Assembly (NCBI GenBank): GCA_002688415.1
Contig: NZCX01000010.1
Location: 1 to 61,922 of the forward strand
Direction of reading: 5' to 3'
Source of the DNA: Candidatus Pacearchaeota archaeon
GTDB lineage: Archaea; Nanobdellota; Nanobdellia; Pacearchaeales; GW2011-AR1
Length of the DNA stretch: 61,922 bases
In this document: piece by piece, positions 1 through 10,176 of the stretch
Layout of the letters: every line of letters starts with the position of its first letter
How positions within the stretch are numbered: the first letter of the stretch is position 1
Made by a program: the position numbers and the translations under genes
The notes under the pieces: generated by a model
Seen by the model: only the letters and a program-made list of their open reading frames with translations
The model's database searches: none
Told to the model about the DNA's origin: nothing

Positions 1-17
1 CGAACCTGTGTAAGCTA

Positions 18-3000
18 ATGACTATTGGAGATATTAAGCAAGCTAGTGGTTTTGAACTTTTTAGAGGCGGTGGAACTCCAAGTCTTCGAGTTGATACTGG
101 AAATGGGACAATGAACTCACTACTTATTCAGGGCTCTGAAGATGTGACTGTAGATTCATGGCAGCATGTTGCGGTTGTAAGAAATGGCTCAACTTTGACT
201 TTATATAAAGATGGAGTTTCAATTGGGTCTACAACTAATTCTGCTACTTTCAGTGGAACACTAGTTATTGGAGGGGAATGGTTTAATGGAGCACTTAATG
301 GATCAATAACTGGTTATATGAATGATTTTCGTATTTCCGATACTGCTAGATACACTAGTAATTTTACAACAGAAGTTACAGCTATAGATGCTAATCATAA
401 AATAGTTCTTGATGGAGCAACAACAGATAGCTCTGATTCTGCACATAGCCTTACCTTTGCTGGGAATGCGAATATACTTACAAAAACGGCAGGACATTCT
501 ATGAGCTTTGATGGAAATGACTACATGACTATTCCAGATAATAGTGATTTCGATTTCTCTTCTTCTTCTTTCACAATTGAAATGTGGATTAAATTTGACG
601 CCGCAGGTCTTGATGGATCATTTAATCATATCCTCAACAAGAGTCAGGCCTCAAATGGTTATGAGCTATACGTTAATGATGCAGGTAAATTCATTTTTGA
701 GGCTGGAAGTGGCGGATGGCTTCCTACGGTAGAATCAAACAGTGCCGCTGTTGCTAATACTTGGTACCACGTCGCGCTAACTTACGATGGATCTACTTAC
801 AAAATGTATATAGATGGGGTACAGCAAACGGATACAACTTCTTCTGGAACATATCCTGCTTACAATAGCTCGAATGTTTTAACAATTGGAGCTTCTCGAA
901 ATAGCACCAGCCAAGGAACAGCTTGTACGATAAATGACCTCAGACTAACAAAGGGAGTGGTTAGATATACTTCTAACTTCTATGTAGCTGATACAACTGT
1001 AATATCTGACAAAAGCTCTAATTCTCATAGTATAACTCTTATGGGAGATAGTGAAATCAGCACAACTGAAAAGAAATTTGGAACTCATGCTTTATATTTT
1101 CCAGCAGACAACGATTATGCAAAAATCACAGATCATTCTGATCTCCAATTTGGAGCAGATGGAGACTTTACAGTTGAATGCTGGTTTAAAGTTCCTAATA
1201 TCACAGCCTATGCGCAGTATCTATGGATTAAACATGATAGTGGAGCATTCGCCAAATTTGCTATGCAAATACAAATTGATGGAACTTTAAGACTTCTTGC
1301 AGCTAACTCTAGCGACAATGCGTACTTGGCACTTGCTGCTACCTCTGGTCATGCAGCTCTTGATGACAACGAATGGCATCACTGTGCTTTAACTAGAGCT
1401 AGCGGAACAAGTAAAATCTGGGTAGACGGCACAGAAAGAATGTCTACTACAGATGCGTATAATCCTAGTTTTGCAGGGCACAACTTCAATATTGGAGGAA
1501 CTCCGTGGACTGCGGCTACAGGTTTAATTAATGGTTATGTTGATGATTTTAGAATCTCGGATACAGCTAGATATACTAGCGATTTCTATGTTGATGCAGG
1601 AACTTACTTATTAGATCAAAGTTCTAATTCTCATAGCCTAACCGCATCTGGGAATGCAGCTGCTAGCACAGCACAAAAGAAATTTGGAACTCATTCTTTA
1701 TCATTTGATGGCAATGGAGATTATGTCTCTATTCCTGATTCAGATGACTTCCAATTAACAGGTGATTTCACAATTGAAACTTGGGTACGCTTTAATGCAA
1801 TTCAAGATTCTTGGTTTGGATGTCAAGCTGTAAACGATAATAACGCATGGGGCTTTGGTTATCTGCAGTCAGGAAATGGTTTAACATTTAAACATGCAGA
1901 AGGAAGCTGGGGAAGCCCAACAATCCTGGTAGAAGGAGCATGGACCCCATCTACAGGACAATGGTATCATGTCGCAGTCACAAGAAGCGGAAATGATTTC
2001 AAGTTATTTGTCGATGGCACGCAGGTAGGTAGCACAGTTACAGACACCACTGCTTTTGCAAACTTTGGAGCCCCTGTAGTCTTAGGAGTCTGGGGGACAG
2101 GTAGTTATTCAGCAAGTCCACTTAATGGATACCTTGATGACTTCCGTATTTCCAGTAATGCAAGATATACTTCTTCATTCGTACTAGATGACACAACTAC
2201 ACCTATAGACAAAAAAGGAACTCACACTTTAACACTTAATGGAGATGCATTGATTGCCTCTTCAGGTTCTAGTGAAAATACTAAGTTTGGTACTGGAGCT
2301 ATGGAGTTTGATGGAAATGGAGACTATATCACTTGTGGGTCAAGTCCAATTTCAGGAACAAGTGATTTTACGATAGAATTCTGGGCTAAAAAATCAGAGA
2401 ATAATCCGAATAATGCTTTGGGAGGAGGATATGATGCAGTAATTTCCTCAACCAATGGTGGCGGAAATATGCCTGATTGGTTTATAGAAATCTCCTCTCA
2501 AAGAGGATTTGTTTTTTACTATTATGTGAATGGTTCGGCTTTTGGTCATGAAGTATCTAATGCGAACCTAGGGAGTAATGCTACAGATAACGTTTGGCAC
2601 CACTATGCGCTAGTAAGAGAAAGTGGTGCTTTCAAAGTATATATTGATGGAATAAGCAAGTCAGATGATGGTAGCTATGGAAATAGCACCAACCATTCGA
2701 TTGGAAATACTGGTGAATTAATAATTGGTAAATATGTCTGGAGTGACAATAGCAATTGGCAATACAAAGGTTATCTTGACGAATTACGTATCTCAACAAG
2801 TGCTCGCTATACAGCAAATTTTACTCCTCAATCAGCAGAACATGATTTAATTGATGTTAAAGGTTGGGGTAGTCCAGCTCTTGGAAGCGGAGAAAGAGCA
2901 CTCTTTGTAAATAAGAATGGTCTTGTAATGAAATCTTCTGATGGAACACTTACCAAAATGGATAGCGGTAGCAATGCTTATGTTCCTGGTAGACTAACAG

Positions 3001-4451
3001 AAGGTGACGCTCCTGGTGCATACAGTCAGGATACAAACACTTTGCTGCTATTGCATTTTGAAGGAAGCAACAATGGTCAGGTTTTTACAGATTCATCAAG
3101 TCATGGACACACTGTAGAAGCAAGAATTGAAAGCGGAAGCACAACTGATGTGAAAACAGTAACTAGCGATAAGAAGTTTGGTTCTTCTTCAGCATATTTT
3201 GATGGAGGTGGAGAGGCGTTAAGAGTCGAAGGATCTTCTGTATTCCAAATAGGAACTGGAGATTTCACAGTAGAAACATGGTATAAGCAGCCAAGTGATG
3301 GCGGTGAAGACTATGTATTTGTATTCGGAGCTGCAACAGGTGGAGACTTTATTGCCTCATACGTTGCTTCTGGAGGTAATCTACTTTATGGATACTTTAA
3401 TGGTTCATCATGGGTTAATACATTAACTACTTCTGGACAAACTGTTACGGATAATGAATGGCATCACATTGCATATGTCAGATCATCAGGAACGATGACA
3501 ATCTATATCGATGGGGTTGCTCGTGGAAGTGTAGCTTCTGCACACAACTTAACAACAATAATCGGTTCTGATCCTTTATGGATTGGAAGTCATTATGGAG
3601 GAGGGAATCAAGGTCCAAATGTTTACTTTGATGAATTTAGATTTTCAGATACTGCAAGATATACAGGAAATTTTACACCTCCAACTGCAGCATTTACGAC
3701 TACAATCTATAAACCAAATCTTTATGTAAAAGCAGGACAAGATAGCCACACCAAATTACTGTTTGTCGGAGACTCATTAACTTGTGGAATGGGCAAGACA
3801 ATCGCTACCGCAGAGCAGATTAGTGTAGACACAAGTGTTAAGCATTTTGGAGATAGTAGTCTAAACTTCTCACAAGGAAACACAGATTACTTTAAGCTTG
3901 ATGATCATGAAGATTTTCATATTGGAACTTCTGATTTTACTTTAGAGACTTGGATTAGAGGAAAATCAGGAAATTCTGATGGAGTCAATCCTATACTTTA
4001 TATGTATGATGGAACAACAGGCAATAGATTTCAAGCATACACTCAAGGAGGAAAATTTTTATTCTTCTATAAAGAGTCTGGAACCACTCAAATTGGAATG
4101 TCTACTCCTGATTCTTCCTATTCAGATGAGACTTGGTACCACTATGTTATTACAAGAGTATCGGGGACATGGAAGGTATATATAAATGGAGTAAATCAGA
4201 CTTTAACTTATTGGGCAGGTAATGCAACAAGCGCTCCGAATATACAAAACTTTCCAGCGAACAAGGGCCCATACGTGGGATACAGTTGGTCTGGATCTGG
4301 CTACTATGCTCACTGCAATATGCAGAACTACAGATTTAGCAAGACAGCCAGATATACCGAAAACTTTACACCATCTACTGAGTCTTTTGACGCAGGCCTT
4401 GGTGGATTATATTACAGAGACCCAAGTGGTGTCAAAACAAAAATTAGCTAA
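18..4451 (+). CDS. Tail fibre / receptor-binding protein with tandem LamG (ConA-like) domains; probably 5'-truncated by the window
   Basis: Repeats of FTIExW...W(H/Y)HVAxxRxG..(L/I)YxDG...IGG...GYxDDFRIS..ARYT, separated by KKFGxxxLxFDGxGDY linkers; the frame is open from base 3 with no upstream stop. Confidence 0.8.
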   Translation: MTIGDIKQASGFELFRGGGTPSLRVDTGNGTMNSLLIQGSEDVTVDSWQHVAVVRNGSTLTLYKDGVSIGSTTNSATFSGTLVIGGEWFNGALNGSITGYMNDFRISDTARYTSNFTTEVTAIDANHKIVLDGATTDSSDSAHSLTFAGNANILTKTAGHSMSFDGNDYMTIPDNSDFDFSSSSFTIEMWIKFDAAGLDGSFNHILNKSQASNGYELYVNDAGKFIFEAGSGGWLPTVESNSAAVANTWYHVALTYDGSTYKMYIDGVQQTDTTSSGTYPAYNSSNVLTIGASRNSTSQGTACTINDLRLTKGVVRYTSNFYVADTTVISDKSSNSHSITLMGDSEISTTEKKFGTHALYFPADNDYAKITDHSDLQFGADGDFTVECWFKVPNITAYAQYLWIKHDSGAFAKFAMQIQIDGTLRLLAANSSDNAYLALAATSGHAALDDNEWHHCALTRASGTSKIWVDGTERMSTTDAYNPSFAGHNFNIGGTPWTAATGLINGYVDDFRISDTARYTSDFYVDAGTYLLDQSSNSHSLTASGNAAASTAQKKFGTHSLSFDGNGDYVSIPDSDDFQLTGDFTIETWVRFNAIQDSWFGCQAVNDNNAWGFGYLQSGNGLTFKHAEGSWGSPTILVEGAWTPSTGQWYHVAVTRSGNDFKLFVDGTQVGSTVTDTTAFANFGAPVVLGVWGTGSYSASPLNGYLDDFRISSNARYTSSFVLDDTTTPIDKKGTHTLTLNGDALIASSGSSENTKFGTGAMEFDGNGDYITCGSSPISGTSDFTIEFWAKKSENNPNNALGGGYDAVISSTNGGGNMPDWFIEISSQRGFVFYYYVNGSAFGHEVSNANLGSNATDNVWHHYALVRESGAFKVYIDGISKSDDGSYGNSTNHSIGNTGELIIGKYVWSDNSNWQYKGYLDELRISTSARYTANFTPQSAEHDLIDVKGWGSPALGSGERALFVNKNGLVMKSSDGTLTKMDSGSNAYVPGRLTEGDAPGAYSQDTNTLLLLHFEGSNNGQVFTDSSSHGHTVEARIESGSTTDVKTVTSDKKFGSSSAYFDGGGEALRVEGSSVFQIGTGDFTVETWYKQPSDGGEDYVFVFGAATGGDFIASYVASGGNLLYGYFNGSSWVNTLTTSGQTVTDNEWHHIAYVRSSGTMTIYIDGVARGSVASAHNLTTIIGSDPLWIGSHYGGGNQGPNVYFDEFRFSDTARYTGNFTPPTAAFTTTIYKPNLYVKAGQDSHTKLLFVGDSLTCGMGKTIATAEQISVDTSVKHFGDSSLNFSQGNTDYFKLDDHEDFHIGTSDFTLETWIRGKSGNSDGVNPILYMYDGTTGNRFQAYTQGGKFLFFYKESGTTQIGMSTPDSSYSDETWYHYVITRVSGTWKVYINGVNQTLTYWAGNATSAPNIQNFPANKGPYVGYSWSGSGYYAHCNMQNYRFSKTARYTENFTPSTESFDAGLGGLYYRDPSGVKTKIS

Positions 4452-4468
4452 CTAGGAGGACAATAGAA

Positions 4469-4906
4469 ATGGCAAATTTTCCAACATCACCAGCAGTAGG
4501 TGAACAATTTTCAACAAGCAAGGTGACCTACCGATGGAATGGGTCTGCTTGGGACATCGTAGAGGGTGTTAAGCAAGGAACAATACAGGATAACGGCAGT
4601 GCAGTAGGAAGCTTGCAGTTTGCAGAGGGCAGCGAGCCTGATACTGTAGCAAATTCTTCAAGCGTTTATGCTACCTCTAGTGGCATGTTCGTTAAAAACT
4701 CTTCAGGTTCAGTAACCGCATTAACAGCAAATGCAACACTGACTACCCCTACAGCGGTAGAGTTAGCAACTGTAACTAATACCCCAAGCGCAATTGCCTC
4801 TACAGGACAAATGGTTCATTGGGATAGAAGTGGAGAAGGACAAACATCGGGACTTTACTATATAGCTCCTGATGGAACCGCAACTTTAATTCAAGGGGAT
4901 TCATAA
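4469..4906 (+). CDS. Virion / tail-fibre-associated protein
   Basis: N-terminal NFPTSPAVG...TYRWNGSAW motif typical of phage fibre proteins; SD AGGAG upstream. Confidence 0.5.
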   Translation: MANFPTSPAVGEQFSTSKVTYRWNGSAWDIVEGVKQGTIQDNGSAVGSLQFAEGSEPDTVANSSSVYATSSGMFVKNSSGSVTALTANATLTTPTAVELATVTNTPSAIASTGQMVHWDRSGEGQTSGLYYIAPDGTATLIQGDS

Positions 4907-4907
4907 G

Positions 4908-5066
4908 ATGATTGAGGGTCTACCACTAACTATCTTTCATGCTACAGTGGTATTATTAGGGGGAGTTGTGCTTCTCATGGTGGGATTTCTAAAAGAGATA
5001 GCACGCTCCCCCAGACCCATAAAAGCGAGAAGACGATATGGCAAAAAAACCATTCGTCGCCCATAG
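4908..5066 (+). CDS. Small membrane protein (52 aa, one TM helix plus basic tail)
   Basis: My translation: MIEGLPLTIFHATVVLLGGVVLLMVGFLKEIARSPRPIKARRRYGKKTIRRP; fills the gap between ORFs. Confidence 0.45.
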   Translation: MIEGLPLTIFHATVVLLGGVVLLMVGFLKEIARSPRPIKARRRYGKKTIRRP

Positions 5067-5628
5067 ACTTAAAATAAATACTACAGAGATCTCATCTGAT
5101 AGAGATCTTTCCCCTAGTATCAATTTCTCTAACAAAATTACAGGTAGTTACCCAGATGATGGCTTTAAAGTTGGTTACGATAGTGACGACTGCAAGGCCT
5201 ATATCCATATAGATGAGTGCGCTGGCTTCAAAATACACATACACCACAAAGATAGATTTGTAATCTCTGAAAAAGGTAATATAGGTATAGGGAGACAGCC
5301 CACAAACTGTCTACTTCATGTAGGAGGTAGCTTAGGCTTGCAATACAAAGGAATAGATGACAGCCTATATACAATAGAAGAAAAAGACTGTATCATAGGT
5401 ATAGAAAAGGTAAAACATAATAACGTAGAGATTATGATACCTAACTCAGAGAATATAAAAGGTCGGATTCTTATAATAAAAGATGAACAAGGACAGGCCA
5501 GCCAATACCCAATAAAAATAAGAGCCAAAGCTCCAAGCTCAATCAATAATAAGTTTGAAGTACAGATACAAGAAGATTATGGAAGTCTAACAATGTACTG
5601 TAACGGGAGTGATTGGTTCAAGATATAA
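5038..5628 (+). CDS. Tail-fibre-associated structural protein
   Basis: ISEKGNIGIG repeat-like segment and C-terminal GRILIIKDE...YGSLTMYCNGSDWF domain, as seen in phage fibres. Confidence 0.5.
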   Translation: MAKKPFVAHRLKINTTEISSDRDLSPSINFSNKITGSYPDDGFKVGYDSDDCKAYIHIDECAGFKIHIHHKDRFVISEKGNIGIGRQPTNCLLHVGGSLGLQYKGIDDSLYTIEEKDCIIGIEKVKHNNVEIMIPNSENIKGRILIIKDEQGQASQYPIKIRAKAPSSINNKFEVQIQEDYGSLTMYCNGSDWFKI

Positions 5629-5654
5629 AGGAATTACAATGAAGGAATTGGATC

Positions 5655-5963
5655 ATGGATATCCTAGAGATGGCATTCGGATTGCTAGGCATGATCATAT
5701 TTTTTTCTTTTATTGTTGTAATGAAGCTCCTTGGTATACTATCAAGGACACACATCAGACATACAAAGGATGTGACACAGTTGAAAACTCATGAGAAAAT
5801 CAATGACTTAAATTTTAAAACTCAGGTAGTAGTGCATGTTACTGGGTCTGTAAAAAATAGTGAAACCGCAGCTCAGATCACATATGATATAGAAGAAGCC
5901 TTGAAAGATATCGTAAAAGATATAGATGTAAGCGTGAAGGTAAGGGTAGAAAAGATCGATTAG
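5655..5963 (+). CDS. Hypothetical membrane-anchored protein
   Basis: N-terminal hydrophobic helix; SD AAGGA upstream. Confidence 0.55.
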   Translation: MDILEMAFGLLGMIIFFSFIVVMKLLGILSRTHIRHTKDVTQLKTHEKINDLNFKTQVVVHVTGSVKNSETAAQITYDIEEALKDIVKDIDVSVKVRVEKID

Positions 5964-5966
5964 TTC

Positions 5967-5995
5967 TTGCCTTCCATATGAAAATAAATTATTCT
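5967..5995 (+). promoter_or_regulatory. Putative sigma70-type promoter for the replication block
   Basis: TTGCCT-N17-TATTCT in the intergenic gap before the Cas4-like gene. Confidence 0.4.
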
Positions 5996-6032
5996 GTTTA
6001 TGGAACCTGCCAGCAACAAAGAAAGGAATTGC

Positions 6033-6911
6033 ATGGCCTACGATAATTATAACCTGTTCGCACACGTTGACGAACATATGACCCGCCCTAAATTTAAAGC
6101 TCCCCGAGCTAAAAACTTTTACCCCTCAGAAGCCTCAGTAACCACCTACGATGAACATGGAGATAAAGTTGTTCATGGTGGATGTATGCGTGCCGCATAT
6201 TTTAGATGTAGTAGTCATGAGTTTGAACGTATTCCTAACTCTGCTAGATCTGAATATATCTTCAAGCAAGGTATTGGTGTCGAAAAGATTCTAATTGATC
6301 TCTGGAAAGAGATGGGAATCTGGGTAGACAACAATGTAAAGTTTGTTGATGCCGAAGCTGGTATCTCAGGAGAGTTAGACGCCCTGCTGATAGAACCAGA
6401 TGGCACTGTATATGGTGCAGAGGTAAAGTCTTTCTATGGATACTTTGCAGAGAAAGAACTCTTTGGGAATAGAAGTACTAAGGCATTTCCAAAAATGCCT
6501 CATTTATTACAAACACTTATCTATTTAAACTTCTTTAAAGATAAACTACCCTATTTTAGAATAGTATATTTCGCTAGAGACTCAGTAAAAAGACGGACCT
6601 TCAAGGTTGAACTTCATCAAGAAGAGGATATTATCTATCCTAAGGTTGAAGGGGAAATCATTCGTTCATTTACAGTCAATGATATCTATGCAAGATATAA
6701 AGAATTACAATCTTATTTGGATAACGACATTGTTCCTCCGAATGATTATGAACTTTATTATTCAAGAGAAAAGATAGAAGATTATTATTCAAAAGGAAAA
6801 GTAGCTAAAACCAAATATGCCAAGTGGAAGAGCGGAAAGCTTGGTCCACATGAGCAGATTGGTGATTGGAACTGTAGTTACTGTGCTTTTAAAAATGTCT
6901 GTTGGTCTTAA
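6033..6911 (+). CDS. Cas4-like PD-(D/E)XK exonuclease (Fe-S type)
   Basis: GGCMRAAYF, GELDALL, AEVKS and C-terminal CSYCAFKNVC (1+3 Cys); start moved to ATG 6033 after SD AAAGGA. Confidence 0.75.
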   Translation: MAYDNYNLFAHVDEHMTRPKFKAPRAKNFYPSEASVTTYDEHGDKVVHGGCMRAAYFRCSSHEFERIPNSARSEYIFKQGIGVEKILIDLWKEMGIWVDNNVKFVDAEAGISGELDALLIEPDGTVYGAEVKSFYGYFAEKELFGNRSTKAFPKMPHLLQTLIYLNFFKDKLPYFRIVYFARDSVKRRTFKVELHQEEDIIYPKVEGEIIRSFTVNDIYARYKELQSYLDNDIVPPNDYELYYSREKIEDYYSKGKVAKTKYAKWKSGKLGPHEQIGDWNCSYCAFKNVCWS

Positions 6912-6926
6912 CTAGGGGAGTATCTA

Positions 6927-9389
6927 ATGAAAATTGAAAATTACGAGGAAGTGATTGAAAAAATCCTTCCACATCTACCGGAATATCTAGAAGAGCAGGA
7001 AATAGATCCTACAAAATTATTTTGCTGTATCAACCCTGCTCATGATGATAAAAACCCTTCGGCTGGAGTAGTTCCAGGTGAAGATGTGTTCCATTGCTTC
7101 TCTTGCGGAGCTTCAGGAAATATATTTCATGCTGCTCATTACCTTGAGAACAAGCCCCTAGTGGGTGTTGGGTTCATAACTGAGAACCTAGCATATCTTG
7201 CTGAGAAATTTGGCTTAGAATTAAAACAGAAGCCCCTCACAGAGGAAGAAATCTATGAACTAGATACCTATAGAGCGTATCAAAATGCTTGTGACTACTT
7301 AACCATGGGGAACAAGCCAGATTTATTTGATCAAGCCATCAGGGAACGTGATTGGTCAGAAGATATCTGCAAAGAGTATGGTGTTGGTAGTATAGGAAGC
7401 TATAGGGATTTCAGAGAGCATATGAAGGACCTTGGTTTTACAGCAAGGTTTCAAGATGACGTAGACCTAGGTAGGAAAGAGATTTTTGGACCAGATAGAC
7501 TTGTCTTTACCATCAAAGATCCAGGAGGCAGAGCGGTTGGCTTTGCTTCTAGGAATCTAGAGTACAAAGAAGACAGGTCTAATGGGGCCAAATATATAAA
7601 CCAAAAACACACTGGTGTTAAGTGTAATATCTATAGGAAGAGTACTCGACTATATGGATTGGATTGCTTACTTAAGAAACGTAAGAAAGGCAAACAATCT
7701 GTATATATATTCGAAGGTTATTCCGATGTAATTACTGCAGCTCAACATGGAGTTAAAAACACAGTAGGCCTTGGTGGTACCGCCTTCAGTCTCGATCAGT
7801 TGTTCCTATTAAAACAATACAACCTCTATGATATTATTCTCTGTTTAGATGGAGATGAGGCTGGTCAGAATCGCATCGAATCTATTCTGGATACAACTCT
7901 AGCAGGCCACAAGGATCTTAGAGTTCATATTATCATGATTCCTAACGGAAAAGATCCTGATGAATTCATTAGAGAAGAAGGTGTTGAAGAGTTTAAGAAG
8001 CTCAGAAAGTGGACAGCTTTCGAGTGGAGACTTTCTAGATTTGCAGAAGATGAAGACGAAGAAGTTATCTGTAAGAATATGATTCCTCTCATTGTAAATG
8101 AGACCTCATATATTGCACAAGAAAAAATGTGTGAAGTGTTAGCTAAAGCTACAGGCATTAGCATCAAAGCTATTCAGTCAGAACTAGAGCGTTTGCAGAA
8201 TATTAGAGCTGCAGAAAAAGCCAGAGAACGACAGAATATTACAGACAAAATGGTCAACCTCATACAGAGAGATCCCTCTCAAATAGAATTTGTACTACAG
8301 GACGCATTAAATGATTTATATAACTTGGCAAACAAATATGATGAAGATAATTTCTCCGAACAATCCTGTCTTTCACTTGTCAGAAGCAGAAGAGAATACG
8401 AAGAAACTAAGGATGGAAGCTTTAGTGGCTTTGTATTGGGTCAAGATCTAAAGCGATTAGAAAATGCCCTAGCAGGAGATTGGAAAAAAGATGTATGGTT
8501 TTGCTTGGGAGGTAATCCTAACGCAGGCAAGACTAGTTTTCTATGTAAAATGGCATATGAAATTGCGAGACATAAGAAAGAAAATGATGCCTTAGTGATC
8601 TATCACAGTATTGATGACACGGCTGAACAACTAATTCCTAAATTTGTATCAATTGCAGAGGGGAGTAGAGACCTAACTTTAAACCAAGTAATGGATCCAA
8701 ATTATTATTTACGAACTGGACATGGGGATGAGCTGTTAGAAAAGAGGGATATGGGATACAATATATTTGAATCACTCATAGATGACGGGAGGATAATTTT
8801 AAGAGATGCGAATAATGGAAATAGCTTATCGTATGCAGATGCTCAAATTAGACATTTCAGAAATAAGTATCCTAATAGGAATATTGTATACATATTAGAT
8901 AACTTTCATAAACTTCATGACTTCGGTGGTGGTGGAGATGAGCGAGTTCGATTCAAAAAGGTAAGCAACATGATGAAGAACTTGGCAACCAAACATCACA
9001 TTGCAGTGATTACCACTATTGAATATAGGAAGACACAGGGTGGACGCAAGGCCACTAACGATGATATCTCAGAGACAAAACAAATAGAGTACGATGCAAA
9101 CATTATCGCCCACCTGCACAATGAGGTGCACGAGAAGGGTGATGATGCATCAAAATTTCATACAGCTCTAGTCGATGGCGCTCCAGTTCGTATGCCAATT
9201 ATAGAATTAAGCATTGGGAAGAACAAGGTAAGTGGATTCAAAAGCAAGCTATGGTTTGAATTTTATCCAGATTATTCTGACTTTAAAAATATAGACGAGA
9301 GTATTATTCTTGCTAAAGAAGCGGAAGCTGAGGAGAATACAGGAACAAAGTATGAACGACCAGGAGAAAGGAATAGTTTATTTGGATGA
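6927..9389 (+). CDS. DNA primase-helicase fusion (DnaG-like plus DnaB-like)
   Basis: CHC2 Zn finger (CCINPAHDDKNPS..CFSC), TOPRIM (EGYSD, DGDEAG, DPDE), Walker A GNPNAGKT, IEYDAN motif. Confidence 0.9.
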   Translation: MKIENYEEVIEKILPHLPEYLEEQEIDPTKLFCCINPAHDDKNPSAGVVPGEDVFHCFSCGASGNIFHAAHYLENKPLVGVGFITENLAYLAEKFGLELKQKPLTEEEIYELDTYRAYQNACDYLTMGNKPDLFDQAIRERDWSEDICKEYGVGSIGSYRDFREHMKDLGFTARFQDDVDLGRKEIFGPDRLVFTIKDPGGRAVGFASRNLEYKEDRSNGAKYINQKHTGVKCNIYRKSTRLYGLDCLLKKRKKGKQSVYIFEGYSDVITAAQHGVKNTVGLGGTAFSLDQLFLLKQYNLYDIILCLDGDEAGQNRIESILDTTLAGHKDLRVHIIMIPNGKDPDEFIREEGVEEFKKLRKWTAFEWRLSRFAEDEDEEVICKNMIPLIVNETSYIAQEKMCEVLAKATGISIKAIQSELERLQNIRAAEKARERQNITDKMVNLIQRDPSQIEFVLQDALNDLYNLANKYDEDNFSEQSCLSLVRSRREYEETKDGSFSGFVLGQDLKRLENALAGDWKKDVWFCLGGNPNAGKTSFLCKMAYEIARHKKENDALVIYHSIDDTAEQLIPKFVSIAEGSRDLTLNQVMDPNYYLRTGHGDELLEKRDMGYNIFESLIDDGRIILRDANNGNSLSYADAQIRHFRNKYPNRNIVYILDNFHKLHDFGGGGDERVRFKKVSNMMKNLATKHHIAVITTIEYRKTQGGRKATNDDISETKQIEYDANIIAHLHNEVHEKGDDASKFHTALVDGAPVRMPIIELSIGKNKVSGFKSKLWFEFYPDYSDFKNIDESIILAKEAEAEENTGTKYERPGERNSLFG

Positions 9390-9628
9390 AACAAGTTAAT
9401 ATTAAAATGATGATAGTAGCATTATTATTAGCCATAGCTCTAGCGTGGGGATGTAAACACTACTTACCATCAATAATAAATGCTGAAAAGCAATGTATCT
9501 CTCCCAGGGTTATGGACGATATTTCTGCAGAGCTTTTACATTGTTATGAAAATTTAGATAGGGCTAACCAATATTTTGAAACATGTGTTAATGTATATTT
9601 ACAACAAGGAAAAACGGATTATCAATAA
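9386..9628 (+). CDS. Putative lipoprotein
   Basis: Signal peptide ending in lipobox-like LAWGC. Confidence 0.5.
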   Translation: MKQVNIKMMIVALLLAIALAWGCKHYLPSIINAEKQCISPRVMDDISAELLHCYENLDRANQYFETCVNVYLQQGKTDYQ

Positions 9629-10149
9629 TGAATATATTTATTTTAGATAAGGATCCAGAGCTATGTGCACAGTATCATTGTGATAAGCATGTACTGAAAC
9701 AAATCCCAGATATTGCTAAGATATTATGTACAGTAATGAGAGAGAGTGGAATTCCATATGGCTATACCTCTTCAAACAAGAATCACCCATGCGTAAAGTG
9801 GGCACAGACAGCGGATGGAAACTTTATGTGGCTTAGAGAATTAGGTTTAGAGCTATGTAGGGAATATTCTTATAGATATGGTAAGAGCGGAGGTTCTAAG
9901 CATGCTTCTGAGCATATTATTTTAGATTCTTATCCTAAAAATTTAGGAGATAAAAATCATCGAGCAAAAGTTAGGGAACCAGTTGGAATGACCCCTCCGG
10001 TACAATGTGTTCCTGCTCATTTTAAATGCAACGACCCTGTTAAAGCGTACAGAGATTATTATTTAACAGAAAAAGCAGATATACTTGCTTATACAAAAAG
10101 GAATGTCCCTGGATGGGTTGTAGAGATGGGGATGGGTGAGCACAAGTAA
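9628..10149 (+). CDS. Pyrimidine-dimer DNA glycosylase-like protein (DenV / Pyr_excise family)
   Basis: MNIFILDKDP..CAQYHCDKHV.K, NHPC.KW, D.VKAYR.YY motifs. Confidence 0.75.
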   Translation: MNIFILDKDPELCAQYHCDKHVLKQIPDIAKILCTVMRESGIPYGYTSSNKNHPCVKWAQTADGNFMWLRELGLELCREYSYRYGKSGGSKHASEHIILDSYPKNLGDKNHRAKVREPVGMTPPVQCVPAHFKCNDPVKAYRDYYLTEKADILAYTKRNVPGWVVEMGMGEHK

Positions 10150-10176
10150 AACAAAAGCCACCATAGGAGAGTCAAA

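Noticed and set aside
6033-6911. CRISPR-Cas locus suggested by the Cas4-like gene
   Set aside because: No repeat-spacer array and no cas1/cas2 seen anywhere in the window; solo Cas4-like nucleases are common in phages.
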